NCBI RefSeq assembly: GCF_000039765.1 | Contig: NC_004459.3 | Coordinates: 3,136,104 to 3,168,103, forward strand | Direction: 5' to 3' | DNA from: Vibrio vulnificus CMCP6 | GTDB lineage: Bacteria; Pseudomonadota; Gammaproteobacteria; Enterobacterales; Vibrionaceae | Length of the DNA stretch: 32,000 nt | In this document: piece after piece, positions 20,156 through 31,110 of the stretch | Position numbering within the stretch: the stretch's first letter is position 1 | Layout of the letters: every line of letters starts with the position of its first letter | Position numbers and translations under genes: made by a program | The notes under the pieces: model-generated | What the model was told of the DNA's origin: nothing | What the model saw: only the letters and a program-made list of their open reading frames with translations | Databases searched by the model: none

Positions 20156-21046
20156 ATGAACATATACGCTTCCAAAAAAGTTGTTGCCGTTGGCGGAGGT
20201 CACGGTCTAGGAAGGATGTTGGCTGCACTCAAGGATTTTGGCAGTAACGCGACAGGCATCGTCGCCACTACCGATAATGGTGGTTCAACTGGTCGCATCC
20301 GCCACTGCCAAGGGGGCATTGCGTGGGGGGACACACGCAACTGCATCAATCAGTTGATCACCGAACCTTCGATCAGCTCGATGATGTTCGAATACCGTTT
20401 TAAAGGAAGCGGTGAATTGGATGGACACAACCTTGGTAACCTAATGTTGACGGCCCTAGATAACCTTTCTGTCCGCCCTTTAGATGCCATCAATCTGGTT
20501 CGAGATTTATTGAAAGTCGAAGTCAATATTTTACCAATGTCCGAACATCCCTCCGATCTCACCGCCCTTTCGACAGATGGACGCTGGGTAACCGGAGAGA
20601 CGAATGTGGATGAAATGGAAACGGATTTGCGCCGCTTAGATCTCTCCCCAGAAGTGCCGGCCACCAAAGAAGCTGTTACCGCCCTTGAAGAAGCCGATGC
20701 CATCATCCTTGGCCCCGGCAGTTTTCTAACCAGCATTATGCCGCCATTGTTGCTGCCTGAACTTGGCAAAGCGATTGCCAAAAACACCAAAGCCAAATTG
20801 ATCTTTGTCGCAAACCTAAGCCCAGAGTTTGGCCCAGCAGGCCGAATGAGCTTTGAGCAGAAATTGGAGTGGTGCGAGCGCGCCTGCCAAGGCAGAAAAA
20901 TTGATGTGGTGCTCGGAGATACCGAACACCCAGAATTGAAAGATCAATGGCACTTCGTCACCCAATCCTTGGCTTCCGCCAATCGCGATTGGCGTCATGA
21001 CCGTAAAAAATTACGCCTCGCCATAGAACAACAGCTCACCGAATAG
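20156..21046 (+). CDS. yvcK: UDP-GlcNAc-binding / gluconeogenesis factor YvcK (CofD-like) family protein
   Basis: VVAVGGGHGLGRMLAALKDF, GIVATTDNGGSTGRIR, WGDTRNCINQL, LGPGSFLTSIMPPLL. Confidence 0.92.
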   Translation: MNIYASKKVVAVGGGHGLGRMLAALKDFGSNATGIVATTDNGGSTGRIRHCQGGIAWGDTRNCINQLITEPSISSMMFEYRFKGSGELDGHNLGNLMLTALDNLSVRPLDAINLVRDLLKVEVNILPMSEHPSDLTALSTDGRWVTGETNVDEMETDLRRLDLSPEVPATKEAVTALEEADAIILGPGSFLTSIMPPLLLPELGKAIAKNTKAKLIFVANLSPEFGPAGRMSFEQKLEWCERACQGRKIDVVLGDTEHPELKDQWHFVTQSLASANRDWRHDRKKLRLAIEQQLTE

Positions 21047-21119
21047 CGATTGAGCATACGAAGCATTACTTAGAACTCAGTAAGTAGGACTCAGTAAGTC
21101 CCATGTATTTTGATAGTAA

Positions 21120-21143
21120 AACGGCTCGTATCTACGAGCCGTT
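21120..21143. terminator. Bidirectional terminator between yvcK and luxU
   Basis: AACGGCTCGTA TC TACGAGCCGTT, 11-bp inverted repeat between convergent genes. Confidence 0.8.
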
Positions 21144-21146
21144 ATT

Positions 21147-21494
21147 TCAGAAGCCGTTTGCCTGCCAGGAGAGGTAAGCCTGCTGGGTTTGATGCAGGCG
21201 GTCAATCATTGCTACCACATCTTGCGTTTCATCCAAGGCATCCCCTTCTTTTGCTCGCGTGTCGATCTCGACGGCAAAATGACACAGTGCATCCGCACCA
21301 AAACTGGCAGCACTGCTTTTTAAGGCATGACTGATGTCTTTGAGATAGACGAGCTTGTCACTGTAGGTGGCATCGCACAGAACCTTCAAATAGCTCTCAA
21401 GCTCGCTCAAAAATATCTCCAACAACACGGGGACATTATCGGCGCCTATTTCCTCAGTCAACGAGGCAATTTTCTTCTGATTTAGTAATTCCAT
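21147..21494 (-). CDS. luxU: Quorum-sensing phosphorelay protein LuxU (HPt domain)
   Basis: HPt motif ISHALKSSAASFGA; [17 protein letters not shown] start at 21494 overlaps the luxO stop (TAATG). Confidence 0.93.
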   Translation of the reverse strand: MELLNQKKIASLTEEIGADNVPVLLEIFLSELESYLKVLCDATYSDKLVYLKDISHALKSSAASFGADALCHFAVEIDTRAKEGDALDETQDVVAMIDRLHQTQQAYLSWQANGF

Positions 21495-22894
21495 TATGCT
21501 TTCTGTTTTTCTTCTTTTTCGTTCCACGCCTGTAACTTGCGATAAATTGTTGACGGGCTGACATCCAGATAGCCAGCGGCTCTCGGAATGTTACCATCAC
21601 ACGCTTTGATCGCTTGTTCAATCGCCAGTTTCTCTGTCAACCACAATGGACAAATATCCCTGACGGAAATCAACTCACTCAGATCAGGCTGCACACTTTC
21701 TTTGCGTTCAAAGGGCTGGTTCAAAGGAGGCGGCAGCATCTCCATGGTAATCTCTTTACCGTTGTTAAGAACCACGACATTACGCAGCACATTTTGTAAC
21801 TGACGCACATTGCCTGGCCACTCATATTCGTTAAATCTATCTATCACAGGTTGAGAGAAACGAACAAAGTTTTTCCCTTCCTCGTGTGACATGTAACCCA
21901 GTAACGAGTAAGCGATCTCGATGACATCCTCTCCACGCTCACGAAGTGGTGGCAAGTGCAGTGGAATCACATAAAGTCGGTAGTACAAATCTTCGCGAAA
22001 GCGCCCTTCTTGTACCTCTTTCCAGGGGTCTCGGTTTGTCGCGCACACAAAACGCACGTCAACACTCTTCATTTTCGAAGAGCCTACTTTTTGGAAAGTA
22101 CCCGTTTGGATAAAACGCAGCAATTTTGTTTGCAGATCCAGGTCCATTTCACACAACTCATCCAGGAAAAGTGTGCCCCCATCAGCGAGCTCTGCCGCCC
22201 CTTGGCGATCGGTCGCAGCGCCGGTAAACGCACCTTTGACATGACCAAATAGCTCGCTTTCAATCAAATCCTTGGGAATTGCAGCACAGTTAATCGCGAT
22301 AAATGGCTTGTCTCCACGTCGACTGGCCGCATGAATGGCTTCTGCGCACACCTCTTTACCTGTACCACTTTCACCTGTGATAAAGATGCTTGCTTTACTG
22401 CTCGCCGCGGAGTCAATGGTGCGATAAACCTGCTGCATTTTTTGGCTACTGCCGATAAAGCCTTGATAATTTTGGCTGCCTGCACTGTCCGCATCATTCT
22501 TCAATTTACTCGCTTTGCGGATAGCGTTGTTTACCGTGACCCTCAAGCGATCCGCTTCGCATGGCTTGATAAGAAAATCCTGAGACCCATGTCGCATTGC
22601 TTCAACGGCAGTATCGATCGAGCCGTGTGCGGTCATGAAAATGATAGGAACATCAGGGTGACTTGCTTTCACTGCATGCAATACGTCCATTCCCGTCATG
22701 TCCGGTAGACGTAAATCCAGCAGAATAAGATCTGGAATGCGATGTTTTAGACTGTCTATCGCGTCACGTCCAGTACCCACGATATTGATATCGATACCCA
22801 ATGGCATGAGATAGGAGCGATAGAGGGCTGCGACAGAAGCGGTGTCTTCTACCATCAGCAAGTAACGCTGTTTCGTTGTCGTTATTTGTTGCAT
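21494..22894 (-). CDS. luxO: Quorum-sensing sigma54-dependent response regulator LuxO
   Basis: Receiver domain ([26 protein letters not shown]), AAA+ GESGTGKE and GAFTGA, Fis-type HTH; followed by luxU, divergent from qrr1. Confidence 0.97.
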   Translation of the reverse strand: MQQITTTKQRYLLMVEDTASVAALYRSYLMPLGIDINIVGTGRDAIDSLKHRIPDLILLDLRLPDMTGMDVLHAVKASHPDVPIIFMTAHGSIDTAVEAMRHGSQDFLIKPCEADRLRVTVNNAIRKASKLKNDADSAGSQNYQGFIGSSQKMQQVYRTIDSAASSKASIFITGESGTGKEVCAEAIHAASRRGDKPFIAINCAAIPKDLIESELFGHVKGAFTGAATDRQGAAELADGGTLFLDELCEMDLDLQTKLLRFIQTGTFQKVGSSKMKSVDVRFVCATNRDPWKEVQEGRFREDLYYRLYVIPLHLPPLRERGEDVIEIAYSLLGYMSHEEGKNFVRFSQPVIDRFNEYEWPGNVRQLQNVLRNVVVLNNGKEITMEMLPPPLNQPFERKESVQPDLSELISVRDICPLWLTEKLAIEQAIKACDGNIPRAAGYLDVSPSTIYRKLQAWNEKEEKQKA

Positions 22895-22942
22895 AGTCTA
22901 GCCAATTGTTATTTGTGTTTTGAATAATAATCGCATTGCGCG

Positions 22943-22955
22943 ATGCATTTTGCAA
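22943..22955. promoter_or_regulatory. LuxO-binding-box-like sequence
   Basis: ATGCATTTTGCAA matches 12/13 of TTGCA-W3-TGCAA; a weaker overlapping copy TTGCGCGATGCAT lies at 22936-22948; between luxO and the qrr1 sigma54 promoter. Confidence 0.75.
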
Positions 22956-23015
22956 ATAACAATGGCAAATATTCACTTTTAGCGGTAAATAATCATCACT
23001 TAGCGGCGTTAAAAC

Positions 23016-23031
23016 TGGCACAAACAATGCA
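23016..23031 (+). promoter_or_regulatory. Sigma54 (-24/-12) promoter of qrr1
   Basis: TGGCACAAACAATGCA, GG and GC separated by 10 bp, about 12 nt upstream of the predicted sRNA 5' end. Confidence 0.88.
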
Positions 23032-23040
23032 AAAACGAAA

Positions 23041-23134
23041 GTGACCCCTCGGGTCACCTAGCCAACTGACGTTGTTAGTGAACCTAGTGTTCACAATTGA
23101 TAGCCAATAGTGAAATGACTGTTGGCTTTTTTTT
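23041..23134 (+). ncRNA. qrr1: Qrr1 quorum-regulatory sRNA
   Basis: 5' hairpin GTGACCC ctc GGGTCAC; conserved core CTAGCCAACTGACGTTGTTAGTGAA; second hairpin GTGAAC/GTTCAC (23078-23094); terminator AGCCAATAG/CTGTTGGCT with a run of 9 T; adjacent to luxO. Confidence 0.95.
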
Positions 23135-23167
23135 GTTCATTTCAAGCGCTAATTCACCACACTTTGG

Positions 23168-25198
23168 TTAGCTGTTAGCAATAAACTGCTGACGCAACTT
23201 TTCAATTTCATCACGCTTCTGCGCGGCTAACTCAAATTCCAAATCCTGAGCGTGTTTGTACATTTGCGCTTCCAGTTTTGTGATTTCTTTTTCCAGTTGC
23301 TGTGGCGTCAACACATTATAGGACAGTGATGGTTCAGCCACTTTCGACAATGGCACCGTTTTGCTCACTTTCTGCTTGCGGGATTTCGTAATATCGCCCA
23401 GCTCCATAATATCTTTGATATTACGCTTCAAGGCTTGAGGCTGAATGCCCATCTTTTCATTGTACGCTTGCTGTTTCTCACGGCGTCGTTCAGTTTCATC
23501 CATCGCTTTCTTCATCGATTTGGTGATGGAGTCTGCATACAAGATCGCTTTACCATGGAGGTTACGGGCTGCACGGCCAATGGTCTGAATCAATGAGCGC
23601 TCTGAACGTAAAAAGCCTTCTTTATCAGCATCGAGAATCGCAACCAAAGACACTTCAGGCATGTCGAGACCCTCGCGTAACAAGTTAATCCCCACCAACA
23701 CATCGAACTCCCCTAGCCTCAAGTCACGAATGATCTCCACTCGTTCAACCGTGTCGATATCAGAGTGTAGGTAACGCACTTTCACATCGTGCTCATGCAA
23801 GTATTCAGTTAGATCTTCCGCCATACGTTTGGTCAGTGTTGTCACTAACACGCGTTCATCTTTCACCGCGCGAATGCGGATCTCAGAAAGCAGATCATCC
23901 ACTTGAGTCGCCACTGGTCGCACTTCCAGTACAGGATCGAGCAATCCGGTCGGACGCACCACTTGGTCAGCAATTTCGCCCGCACTTTTCTCTAGTTCGT
24001 AATTACCCGGAGTGGCTGAAACGAAAATAGTTTGTGGCGCAAGCGCTTCGAACTCTTCAAATTTCAATGGTCGATTGTCCAATGCTGAAGGCAAACGGAA
24101 ACCATATTCAACCAAGGTCTCTTTCCGTGAGCGGTCACCTTTATACATTGCGCCAATTTGTGGCACTGTCACGTGAGATTCATCAATGATCAACAAACCG
24201 TCGTGTGGTAAGTAGTCAAATAACGTTGGAGGCGGCTCACCTTCCGCTCGACCGCTGAGGTAACGCGAGTAGTTTTCGATGCCCGAGCAGAATCCCAGCT
24301 CATTCATCATTTCAATATCGAATTGGGTACGCTGACTAATACGTTGCTCTTCCAACAATTTATTGTTGTCACGCAAGTAAGTTTGTCGCTCACGCAGCTC
24401 TTGTTTGATGTTTTCAATCGCCTGCAGAATACGCTCTCGAGGTGTGACGTAGTGAGTCTTAGGGTAAATAGTAAAGCGGGGTAAATCGCGTTGTTTGACC
24501 ACTCCGGTCAGTGGATCAAACACACTGATGCAGTCGATCTCATCATCAAACATCTCGATGCGCACCGCATCTTGGTCCGATTCAGCCGGAAAAACGTCGA
24601 TCACCTCTCCGCGCACGCGAAATTGGCCTCGTTCAAAAGCAATATCGTTACGGCTATATTGCAGCTCAGCCAAACGGCGCAGTATGTCGCGTTGATCCAT
24701 CACATCACCACGGCGTATATGCAACATCATTTGCAGGTAGGCCTCGGGATCACCCAAACCATAAATAGCCGAAACAGAGGCGACGATAATAGCGTCTTTT
24801 CGCTCCAATAACGCTTTGGTGGCCGATAAACGCATTTGTTCAATATGAGCGTTGACCGATGAGTCCTTCTCTATAAAGGTGTCGGTGGTTGGCACATAGG
24901 CTTCAGGTTGGTAATAATCGTAGTAAGAGACAAAATATTCGACCGCGTTATTGGGGAAAAACGCTTTCATCTCGCCGTAAAGTTGGGCGGCAAGAGTTTT
25001 GTTTGGCGCGAGCAGAATTGCAGGACGTTGTGCTTGAGCAATCACATTAGCCAAAGTAAATGTTTTACCGGATCCCGTCACCCCAAGTAAGGTTTGGTGA
25101 GCCAAGCCAGCATCTAACCCTTCTGTCAGTTGTTTGATCGCCGTTGGTTGATCTCCCGATGGCGCATAGTCAGAAACCAGATCGTAAAGTTTGCTCAT
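23168..25198 (-). CDS. uvrB: UvrABC excinuclease subunit B
   Basis: [54 protein letters not shown] motif; start refined to 25198. Confidence 0.97.
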   Translation of the reverse strand: MSKLYDLVSDYAPSGDQPTAIKQLTEGLDAGLAHQTLLGVTGSGKTFTLANVIAQAQRPAILLAPNKTLAAQLYGEMKAFFPNNAVEYFVSYYDYYQPEAYVPTTDTFIEKDSSVNAHIEQMRLSATKALLERKDAIIVASVSAIYGLGDPEAYLQMMLHIRRGDVMDQRDILRRLAELQYSRNDIAFERGQFRVRGEVIDVFPAESDQDAVRIEMFDDEIDCISVFDPLTGVVKQRDLPRFTIYPKTHYVTPRERILQAIENIKQELRERQTYLRDNNKLLEEQRISQRTQFDIEMMNELGFCSGIENYSRYLSGRAEGEPPPTLFDYLPHDGLLIIDESHVTVPQIGAMYKGDRSRKETLVEYGFRLPSALDNRPLKFEEFEALAPQTIFVSATPGNYELEKSAGEIADQVVRPTGLLDPVLEVRPVATQVDDLLSEIRIRAVKDERVLVTTLTKRMAEDLTEYLHEHDVKVRYLHSDIDTVERVEIIRDLRLGEFDVLVGINLLREGLDMPEVSLVAILDADKEGFLRSERSLIQTIGRAARNLHGKAILYADSITKSMKKAMDETERRREKQQAYNEKMGIQPQALKRNIKDIMELGDITKSRKQKVSKTVPLSKVAEPSLSYNVLTPQQLEKEITKLEAQMYKHAQDLEFELAAQKRDEIEKLRQQFIANS

Positions 25199-25228
25199 TT
25201 TCCCTCTCACTACAGCACAACGTAAAAA

Positions 25229-25244
25229 CTGTATAAATATACAC
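25229..25244 (-). promoter_or_regulatory. Putative LexA/SOS box upstream of uvrB
   Basis: CTGTATAAATATACAC resembles CTG-N10-CAG with one mismatch, about 30 bp upstream of the uvrB start. Confidence 0.6.
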
Positions 25245-25754
25245 TCCCAACCTTCATAAGAACAGTTGCAATTTAGGCATACACCACACCTTTTAGTCAG
25301 CCAAGCGAATCAGGCGACAGTGACCACTTTTTATTGTTGAAGAGAGTTAACCATTTCATGACATTTTTCTGGCTTATCAATTTCAACTCTGATATCCTCC
25401 TCCGCCCAATCATTGCTCCATCTGCAAAAATGACGTTTTTGTCATCCACATCTTTTCCCCACTTTTTGTTTTTTTCTTTCATTCCAGCCTAAATCAAGAA
25501 AATTATCCACAAGCTCTAGAAATACCAATTCCTAATAAAAACCTTTCAAATTCAACACTTAAAAAGAAACACCATACTTTAAAGCAATTGAGTACTTGCT
25601 CTAATTCGTATCTGTTTTTATTTTGCTCAAGTTTCACTAACACACTTATCCACAAATTTGGTGGATAAGTAAAGGCAGGCCAATAAAGAAAAGGGGTGCA
25701 GAAAAGTAAAGCACTTTTTTTACAGTTTCTTGGCAATTTGTCTCATTATTATTA

Positions 25755-25783
25755 TTGACACACCCAAACCTGCTGAGTAACAT
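25755..25783 (+). promoter_or_regulatory. Promoter of tRNA-Asn
   Basis: TTGACA at 25755-25760, 17-bp spacer, TAACAT, then GC-rich discriminator GCGTCAC. Confidence 0.75.
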
Positions 25784-25808
25784 GCGTCACGCTTTTAAGT
25801 GAAGCAAT

Positions 25809-25884
25809 TCCTCCTTAGCTCAGTCGGTAGAGCGACGGACTGTTAATCCGCAGGTCGCTGGTTCGAGCCCAGCAGGAGGAGCCA
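25809..25884 (+). tRNA. tRNA-Asn (anticodon GTT)
   Basis: 76 nt; acceptor TCCTCCT/AGGAGGA, D-arm GCTCAGTCGGTAGAGC, anticodon loop CTGTTAA, T-arm CTGGTTCGAGCCCAG, encoded CCA. Confidence 0.97.
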
Positions 25885-25890
25885 AATTCT

Positions 25891-25926
25891 AAAAAACGCC
25901 ACACCTTCGGATGTGGCGTTTTTTTA
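25891..25926 (+). terminator. tRNA-Asn terminator
   Basis: AACGCCACA ccttcgga TGTGGCGTT followed by TTTTTT. Confidence 0.9.
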
Positions 25927-26079
25927 TATTTCCCAGCCTAAACATCTCGCACGACCTTAAGTCAATCGTTTACCACGTATAAAATTCCGTCAGCTACTCA
26001 AAACCTTACCTTTCATTGGTTGTTATTACCCGGACAAAGCACGATAATATCGGGATCGGATTTGCAGAACGTAATAATT

Positions 26080-26658
26080 ATGACCGAATATATTTTGTTG
26101 TTGATTGGCACCGTCCTCGTAAACAACTTTGTACTGGTGAAGTTTCTCGGATTGTGTCCCTTCATGGGCGTGTCAAAAAAATTGGAAACCGCAATTGGTA
26201 TGGGCTTGGCAACGACCTTTGTCCTTACTATGGCTTCCGTGTGCGCTTATCTTGTTGAAAGCTACATTCTTGAGCCATTGCACATCGAATACCTACGAAC
26301 CATGAGCTTTATTTTGGTGATTGCGGTGGTGGTCCAGTTTACGGAAATGGTGGTTCACAAGACCAGCCCAACCCTCTATCGCCTGCTGGGTATTTTTCTA
26401 CCTTTGATTACCACCAACTGTGCCGTGTTGGGGGTTGCTCTACTGAATATCAATGAAAACCACTCGTTTGTTGAATCTATCATCTATGGTTTTGGTGCAG
26501 CGGTTGGTTTCTCTTTGGTACTGATTCTGTTTGCTTCGATGCGTGAGCGCATTTCTGCAGCGGATGTGCCCGCGCCTTTTAAAGGGGCTTCCATTGCGAT
26601 GATTACAGCAGGATTAATGTCGCTAGCGTTTATGGGCTTTACGGGGTTGGTGAAATAA
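26080..26658 (+). CDS. rsxA: Electron transport complex subunit RsxA/RnfA
   Basis: [34 protein letters not shown]; start refined from 26020. Confidence 0.96.
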   Translation: MTEYILLLIGTVLVNNFVLVKFLGLCPFMGVSKKLETAIGMGLATTFVLTMASVCAYLVESYILEPLHIEYLRTMSFILVIAVVVQFTEMVVHKTSPTLYRLLGIFLPLITTNCAVLGVALLNINENHSFVESIIYGFGAAVGFSLVLILFASMRERISAADVPAPFKGASIAMITAGLMSLAFMGFTGLVK

Positions 26659-26659
26659 G

Positions 26660-27256
26660 ATGACAACCATCATGATTGCCGTGCTAGCCATTGCACTGCT
26701 GGCTACGCTATTTGGCGCTATCCTTGGTTTTGCCTCAATTCGCTTTAAAGTCGAAGCGGATCCAATCGTGGATCAAATCGATGCCATATTGCCACAAACG
26801 CAATGTGGTCAGTGTGGCTATCCTGGTTGCCGTCCTTACGCAGAAGCCATCGCGAATGGAGACAGCATCAATAAGTGCCCACCAGGAGGCCAAGCGACCA
26901 TTGAAAAACTGGCCGATCTTATGGGCGTTGAAGCGGAAGAATCCGCCCATGATCTCGAAGGCAAAGTCAAAAAAGTCGCGTTTATCCACGAAGACATGTG
27001 TATTGGTTGCACCAAGTGCATCCAAGCATGTCCGGTCGATGCTATTGTTGGTGGAACCAAAGCTCTACATACGGTCATTAAAGATGAATGTACGGGCTGC
27101 GATTTATGCGTGGCTCCTTGCCCGACAGACTGTATTGAAATGATTCCTCTGGAGACAACCACGGAAACATGGAAGTGGCAGCTTAATGCTATACCTGTGG
27201 TCAATATTTCCGAAGCTAACCCTAACTCTGCCACCAGCAGAGATCAGAATAACTAA
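26660..27256 (+). CDS. rsxB: Electron transport complex subunit RsxB/RnfB
   Basis: [16 protein letters not shown]; two 4Fe-4S motifs [16 protein letters not shown] and [16 protein letters not shown]. Confidence 0.97.
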   Translation: MTTIMIAVLAIALLATLFGAILGFASIRFKVEADPIVDQIDAILPQTQCGQCGYPGCRPYAEAIANGDSINKCPPGGQATIEKLADLMGVEAEESAHDLEGKVKKVAFIHEDMCIGCTKCIQACPVDAIVGGTKALHTVIKDECTGCDLCVAPCPTDCIEMIPLETTTETWKWQLNAIPVVNISEANPNSATSRDQNN

Positions 27257-27268
27257 AGGGCAAAGAAG

Positions 27269-30028
27269 ATGTTGTCTTTAATTGAACAAATTCGTACAGG
27301 CGCGCTTTGGGATTTTCCAGGTGGTGTTCATCCTGCGGAAAACAAACGCCAGTCAAACCAGCAGCCTTTGGTGCACGCAGCGCTAGCCAATGAGATTGTG
27401 TTACCGCTCAAACAACACATCGGCAAACCGGGAAACATCTTGGTAAACGTAGGCGATCACGTCTTAAAAGGGCAATTGCTCACCCAATCGAATGCCGGTT
27501 TTACACTTCCAATTCACGCCTCGACTTCCGGAACCATAACAGCTATTGAAACACGCACAGTGGCGCACCCTTCTGGTTTGAGCGAAATGTGTGTGGTCAT
27601 CACGCCAGATGGCCAAGATACTTGGTGTGAAAAACAACCTGTCATCGATTATTCACAACAAAGCAGTGACTATCTTTTGGATGTGATTCGCATGGCGGGC
27701 ATTTCCGGAATGGGAGGCGCAGGCTTTCCGACCGCGAAAAAAATCCAATCTGGCTTAGGCCGAACAGAAATTTTGATTGTCAACGCGGCAGAATGTGAAC
27801 CGTACATCACCGCAGACGACAAGCTTTTGCAAGAACACGCGGAAGAGGTTCTACAAGGTATCGAAATTGTAGAACACATTTTGCAGCCTAAACTTACCAT
27901 CATCGGAATTGAAGATAACAAACCCGAAGCAATTAAAGCCCTTGAATCCGCCGCACAAAATAGAGACATCGTTATTCGTGTTATCCCCACCAAGTACCCC
28001 TCCGGTGGCGAAAAGCAGCTTATTAAGGTTCTGACAAATAAAGAAGTTCCCGCGGGCGGTATTCCTGCGGATATTGGTATCCTTGTTCAAAATGTCGGAT
28101 CGCTGTACGCGATTAAGCGCGCGGTAATGGACGGCGAACCAATGGTCAATCGAGTCGTCACCTTAACGGGCAACACCTTCGAGACACCACGTAACGTTTG
28201 GGTACCGCTGGGCACACCAGTACATGCTTTATTAGAACAATTTGGCTACCAAGCAGACAAAAAGTTACCACGTTTGATCATGGGCGGTCCGATGATGGGC
28301 TTTAGCCTGCCTCATGCAAACGTTCCGATCACCAAAACGTCCAACTGTATTTTGGCTCCAACCCGCAAAGAGATTTCTCCTGCGGGTTACGAAATGGAAT
28401 GTATTCGCTGCGGCGCATGCGCTGAAGCTTGTCCTGCTTCACTGCTTCCTCAGCAGCTACAATGGCACGCTAAAGCCGAAGAGTTCGACAAGTGTGAAGA
28501 GCTAAACTTAAAAGATTGTATCGAATGTGGCGCTTGTGCCTTTGTGTGCCCAAGTGAAATCCCGCTTGTCAGCTATTATCGTCAAGCTAAAGCCGAAATT
28601 CGGACGCGCGCTCAAGAAGCGGACGCAGCAGAGCGTGCCAAACTGCGCTTTGAAGAGAAAAAAGCACGCATGGAGCGCGAAAAAGAAGAACGCGAGAATC
28701 GCTTTAAAAAAGCCGCGGAAGATCGCCGTAAGGAAATGAAATCCACTGGAGGCGACGACGCCATTGCCGCCGCCATCGCTCGTGTTAAAGCGCAAAAAAC
28801 TCAAGATAGCGAGCAAGCACCAAGCGTTAAACCGGCAGTTGCTGCAGCCATTGCCAAAGCAAAAGCCAAACAAGCCGCCGCAGCTGACTCCGGTTCGTCT
28901 GAACCAGACAATTCAGAAATGGTGAAGTTACGCGAAGAACGTAAGCGTCTTGCTCGCGAGCGCAAAGCAGAGAAAGAGCAATCTAAAACCCCAGACTCTG
29001 AAGAGCAAGGGGATAAAAAATCTGCCGTTGCCGCCGCCATTGCAAGAGCAAAAGCGAAAAAAGCGCAGCAACCACCACTTGCTTCATCCGAATCATCGGC
29101 GGATGAACCTGAAGATAAGAAAGCCGCTGTTGCTGCAGCGATTGCTCGCGCCAAAGCACGAAAAGCGCAGCAAACAGACGAACCTGCACCTGAGCAAAAC
29201 CGCGAAGAATCGCAAGCAGCAGAAGACGCTCCTAAGAAAGCGGCCGTCGCCGCGGCGATTGCCCGTGCCAAAGCACGAAAAGCGCAGCAAACAGACGAAT
29301 CTGCACCTGAGCAAAACCGCGAAGAATCGCAACCAGCAGAAGACGATCCTAAGAAAGCGGCAGTCGCCGCGGCGATTGCCCGTGCCAAAGCACGAAAAGC
29401 ACAGCAAACAAGCGAGCCCGCACCTGAGCAAAACCGCGAAGAATCGCAACCAGCAGAGGACGATCCTAAGAAAGCGGCAGTCGCTGCGGCGATTGCCCGT
29501 GCCAAAGCGCGAAAAGCGCAACAAACAGACGAGCCTGCACCTGAGCAAAACCGCGAAGAATTGCAACCAACAGAAGACGATCCGAAGAAAGCGGCAGTCG
29601 CCGCGGCGATTGCTCGTGCCAAAGCACGAAAAGCGCAGCAAACAGACGAACCTGCACCTGAGCAAAACCGCGAAGAATCGCAACCAGCAGAGGACGATCC
29701 TAAGAAAGCGGCAGTCGCTGCGGCGATTGCTCGTGCTAAAGCACGAAAAGCGCAGCAAACAGACGAACCTGCACCTGAGCAAAACCGCGAAGAATCGCAA
29801 CCAGCAGAAGACGATCCGAAGAAAGCGGCCGTCGCTGCGGCGATTGCTCGTGCCAAAGCACGAAAAGCGCAGCAAACAGACGAACCTGCACCTGAGCAAA
29901 ACCGCGAAGAATCGCAACCAGCAGAGGACGATCCTAAGAAAGCGGCAGTCGCTGCGGCGATTGCTCGTGCCAAAGCGCGTAAAGCTCAACAAGCAGAACA
30001 AAAACAAAATACTGAGGAGAACGAGTAA
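27269..30028 (+). CDS. rsxC: Electron transport complex subunit RsxC/RnfC with extended repetitive Ala/Lys-rich C-terminus
   Basis: [64 protein letters not shown], then [19 protein letters not shown] repeats. Confidence 0.96.
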   Translation: MLSLIEQIRTGALWDFPGGVHPAENKRQSNQQPLVHAALANEIVLPLKQHIGKPGNILVNVGDHVLKGQLLTQSNAGFTLPIHASTSGTITAIETRTVAHPSGLSEMCVVITPDGQDTWCEKQPVIDYSQQSSDYLLDVIRMAGISGMGGAGFPTAKKIQSGLGRTEILIVNAAECEPYITADDKLLQEHAEEVLQGIEIVEHILQPKLTIIGIEDNKPEAIKALESAAQNRDIVIRVIPTKYPSGGEKQLIKVLTNKEVPAGGIPADIGILVQNVGSLYAIKRAVMDGEPMVNRVVTLTGNTFETPRNVWVPLGTPVHALLEQFGYQADKKLPRLIMGGPMMGFSLPHANVPITKTSNCILAPTRKEISPAGYEMECIRCGACAEACPASLLPQQLQWHAKAEEFDKCEELNLKDCIECGACAFVCPSEIPLVSYYRQAKAEIRTRAQEADAAERAKLRFEEKKARMEREKEERENRFKKAAEDRRKEMKSTGGDDAIAAAIARVKAQKTQDSEQAPSVKPAVAAAIAKAKAKQAAAADSGSSEPDNSEMVKLREERKRLARERKAEKEQSKTPDSEEQGDKKSAVAAAIARAKAKKAQQPPLASSESSADEPEDKKAAVAAAIARAKARKAQQTDEPAPEQNREESQAAEDAPKKAAVAAAIARAKARKAQQTDESAPEQNREESQPAEDDPKKAAVAAAIARAKARKAQQTSEPAPEQNREESQPAEDDPKKAAVAAAIARAKARKAQQTDEPAPEQNREELQPTEDDPKKAAVAAAIARAKARKAQQTDEPAPEQNREESQPAEDDPKKAAVAAAIARAKARKAQQTDEPAPEQNREESQPAEDDPKKAAVAAAIARAKARKAQQTDEPAPEQNREESQPAEDDPKKAAVAAAIARAKARKAQQAEQKQNTEENE
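29117..30001 (+). repeat. In-frame 117-bp tandem repeat array in rsxC: 7 full units (29117-29935) plus a partial terminal unit
   Basis: 39-aa unit [39 protein letters not shown]; unit starts 29117, 29234, 29351, 29468, 29585, 29702, 29819, partial at 29936. Confidence 0.95.
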
Positions 30029-31095
30029 TGTCGTTTTTTATTGCGAGCTCACCACACGCCCACAGTCGCAAAAGCACCCCAGATTTAATGAAATGGGTAG
30101 CACTATGTGCATTACCCGGATTGTTGGCGCAAACCTACTTTTTTGGTTGGGGCACATTAGTTCAACTCATTTTGGCAATCACCATCGCGTTATCTTTAGA
30201 AGCACTCGTGATGCTATTCAGAAAACGTCCACCAATGCGAGCGCTACGCGATCATAGTGCTCTGGTCACCGCTTGGTTACTGGCCGTCGCCATCCCCCCA
30301 ATGGCCCCTTGGTGGATCATCACAATTGGCCTTTTGTTTGCGATCGTGATTGCAAAGCATCTCTATGGTGGTCTAGGGCAAAACCCGTTCAACCCTGCCA
30401 TGATAGCTTATGTGGTACTTCTGATTTCCTTCCCAGTGCAAATGACCAGTTGGAGTGCTCCTCTACCTCTGATTGAAGCAGGACACGAAGTGGCCAAAGA
30501 TCCAGTGACATTCGGGGATCTTCTTTCCCTGATCTTTACCGGACTCACTATCGATGGTTCTTCTCTGCAACAAGTTCGTGCAGGCATCGATGGCATTACC
30601 ACGGCAACGCCGCTTGATGCTTTCAAAACGGGTCTGCACAGCGGAGCGACATCGTCAGAAATTCTCAGCCAACCTATTTTTGAAGGTTTTGCGGGTGTGG
30701 GCTGGCAATGGGTTAACCTTGCCTACTTGGCGGGTGGTCTGATTTTGCTCAAGCAACGCGTTATCCAATGGCATATTCCTGTCGGATTTTTAGGTGCGTT
30801 GCTTGTGATGAGCAGCTTTTTCTCCCTGTTCTTCCCTGGTGAAACAGCATCACCACTGTTTCACCTCCTTTCCGGTGCGACGATGCTTGGCGCATTCTTT
30901 ATTGCAACGGATCCCGTATCCGCTTCAACAACAATAAAGGGGCGTATCCTCTTTGGGGCGATCATCGGTACTCTCGTCTTTATCATACGTAGCTGGGGAG
31001 GCTTCCCAGACGGTGTGGCATTTGCAGTGTTATTGGCCAACATGTGTGTACCTTTGATCGATTACTACACCAAACCAAGAACTTACGGGCACTAA
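30028..31095 (+). CDS. rsxD: Electron transport complex subunit RsxD/RnfD
   Basis: [22 protein letters not shown]-site region [10 protein letters not shown], start overlaps rsxC stop (TAATG). Confidence 0.95.
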   Translation: MSFFIASSPHAHSRKSTPDLMKWVALCALPGLLAQTYFFGWGTLVQLILAITIALSLEALVMLFRKRPPMRALRDHSALVTAWLLAVAIPPMAPWWIITIGLLFAIVIAKHLYGGLGQNPFNPAMIAYVVLLISFPVQMTSWSAPLPLIEAGHEVAKDPVTFGDLLSLIFTGLTIDGSSLQQVRAGIDGITTATPLDAFKTGLHSGATSSEILSQPIFEGFAGVGWQWVNLAYLAGGLILLKQRVIQWHIPVGFLGALLVMSSFFSLFFPGETASPLFHLLSGATMLGAFFIATDPVSASTTIKGRILFGAIIGTLVFIIRSWGGFPDGVAFAVLLANMCVPLIDYYTKPRTYGH

Positions 31096-31110
31096 AAGGC
31101 AGGAAATGAA

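Noticed and set aside
21070-21101. Short direct repeat ACTCAGTAAGT x2 downstream of yvcK
   Set aside because: Only two 11-bp copies with no regular array; not CRISPR-like and probably chance or slippage.
25297-25736. Two small minus-strand ORFs (61 and 77 aa) between uvrB and tRNA-Asn
   Set aside because: Chance-length ORFs in AT-rich sequence, no clear SD, not protein-like.
25809-25926. tRNA-Asn as boundary of an integrated island
   Set aside because: The tRNA is followed by its own terminator and then the core rsx operon; no integrase and no repeated tRNA 3' end seen.
29117-29935. CRISPR-like periodicity
   Set aside because: The entire 117-bp unit is conserved and in frame with rsxC, with no unique spacers and no cas genes.
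28801-29973. 390-aa minus-strand ORF ([20 protein letters not shown]...) antisense to rsxC
   Set aside because: The repeat unit is 117 bp, a multiple of 3, so any frame open in one unit stays open through all of them. The Ala/Ser/Cys-rich product mirrors the rsxC repeat and has no independent support.
28950-30257. 435-aa plus-strand ORF in an alternate frame over rsxC/rsxD, and the 304-aa minus-strand ORF 29093-30007
   Set aside because: Same repeat artefact; both overlap clear rsxC coding sequence and encode low-complexity peptides.
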